Position numbers and translations under genes: made by a program. DNA of 63,803 bases, filler included, from Reclinomonas americana ATCC 50394 (taxonomy: Eukaryota), in the NCBI GenBank assembly GCA_048213135.1. It is 19 parts of 19 records of this genome, joined end to end, with 100 filler letters (N's around TTAATTAATTAA, not from the genome) between each part and the next. Parts side by side here need not be neighbours in the genome. Positions count along the whole stretch, not along the records: positions 62,410 to 63,803 come from AFZH01017183.1; 18 more parts are not named here. The stretch is one strand, 5' to 3'. This document shows positions 62,410-63,803 of the stretch, piece after piece (positions within the stretch are counted from its first letter, which is position 1; every line of letters begins with the position of its first letter). The notes beneath the pieces are model-generated. The model saw only the letters and a list, made by a program, of their open reading frames with translations. It made no database searches and had not been told where the DNA came from.

Positions 62410-63794
62410 TTACGACCACTCTGGCATTCATGGCTGATCAGGCTATTGTGTTCAAGATTTCGGGTGGCGCCGATGCGGCCGCCTTTGCCTTGTTCGCCCG
62501 AGCTGCGGCGCTGCAGTGGAATCAAGCCACGAGTGCCTCGGTGCTGCAAGTGGCCATTCAAGTGCGATTTGCGCGGTACCAGGGCATTCGGACTGAGAGG
62601 GTGTTTGAGATTTACTCGTGTTGCGTAAGGAGAGAAAATGGGAAAGGGAGAGGAAGGGGAGATGAAAGGGGAAGGGAGAGAGAGAGGGAGATGAAGGGGG
62701 AAGGGAGAGGGAGATGAAGGGGGAACGGAGAGAGATAAGGGTGAAGGGAGAGAGAGAAGGAGATGAAGGGAAAGGGAGAGGGAGAAGGAGATAAAGGGGA
62801 ATGGGAGACGGAGAGAATTAAAGAGAGAGAAAGCAAAAGAGTAAGAAGGAGAGAGAAAGCAAGAAAGAGAAAAGAGAAAGAGAGCAGAAGAGAGAGAAAG
62901 AGAAAGAGAGCAAAGAGAAATAGAGGGCAAGCGAGAAACAGCGAGAGAAAGCGAGAAAGAGAGCAAAAGAGAGAGAGAGAGTAAAAGAGAGAGAAAGTAA
63001 AGAAAGAGAGAATGCGAGAGAAAGCGAGAAAGAAAGAAAGAAAGGGAGAAAGAGGAGCGTGTATATGCGTGGGTGAGAATTGGCTGAAAGCGAGAATGTA
63101 TGAGTGACGGAGGGGAGGAAGGAGAGAGAGAGAGGGGAGGCTGTGGCATCGCATGATCAAGGACTGAGAAGCGATCTCATTTTTTCTCGCTCTCGCTTCC
63201 TCATTCTCTCTCAGTCGCGGATGATGCTGCCCATCGTATGTTTCTGAGCTCTTCTGTCGCTGGCTAGTTGTGAATCGCAGCTTCAGCACTTGTTGTTTTC
63301 GCTCCATGCTGTGGCGATTTGGCTTGTGTTGTTGCTATTGTCATTCGATCTCATTCATCTGGCTCTCTCCCTCTCGCCCCGTCGCGCACAAACCTGTGAT
63401 CTTCTGTCGCTGTTTAATGGACGACTTGCGGCTTCGGCAAGTGTTGTTACTTCTCTGTTATAATATCTCTCACGTCTCTTTCTCTCTCTCTCTCTCTCTC
63501 TCTCGTGCATAAACCTGTGATATCGTCTCTGATTGATTGACGACTTGCTTACCCATTTCTCTCTTTCTCTCTCTTTCTCCATTTCCCATGTCTTCGCCTC
63601 GCACAGCCGGCCTGGTGCAGACGCAACCACCGACGGAGGTCTGCGACGTGGCAGCTACGCTGAATGGCTTATTTAGTACCTCTTCGACGACGTCGTGGTC
63701 CGCATCGTTTGAGATCGGATGGAGTACTCAGTACCCGCAGAGTGACACTTTCGAGACGCTTACGGACCGCACGCGGGGTGTTGATGTTGCGTGA
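62410..63794 (+). CDS. Exons of an unidentified protein
   Basis: Coding-like exons 62410-~62625 (..MADQAIVFKISGGADAAAFALFARAA..) and ~63608-63794 (AGLVQTQPPTEVCD..*), flanking a purine-rich intron. No family recognised. Confidence 0.45.
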
Positions 63795-63803
63795 CGATCG
63801 GTT

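Overview
Eukaryotic (protist-like) scaffold with GC-rich, intron-rich genes. It consists of 19 contigs joined by artificial N-TTAATTAATTAA-N spacers. Several genes (JMJD7, BTB-SPRY, GHMP kinase, KRI1, metallophosphoesterase) continue correctly across spacers, so the contigs are ordered. Standard genetic code. Most introns are short (~55-80 nt); some are long and low-complexity. Genes reconstructed by hand: SCYL1-like pseudokinase, PB1 protein, E2 (UBC) last exon, three universal stress proteins, JMJD7, RECQL4, a 64-aa two-TM microprotein, ORC1/CDC6, HIRA, BTB-BACK-SPRY, divergent GHMP sugar kinase, PSMG4, KRI1, two copies of a secreted Cys-rich repeat protein, GT77-like glycosyltransferase, and a secreted bacterial-type metallophosphoesterase. 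Two observations stand out. (1) A frequent atypical 5' splice-site class, GTTGCG(Y), looks like the consensus shifted by one base and almost always follows a non-G exon end. (2) An intronless, frameshifted fragment carries three ordered motifs of a highly divergent RNA polymerase beta/Rpb2 subunit and is probably a viral or selfish-element relic. Most ORFs in the supplied track are antisense shadows or low-complexity artefacts. All gene calls come from motif recognition by eye, not database searches.
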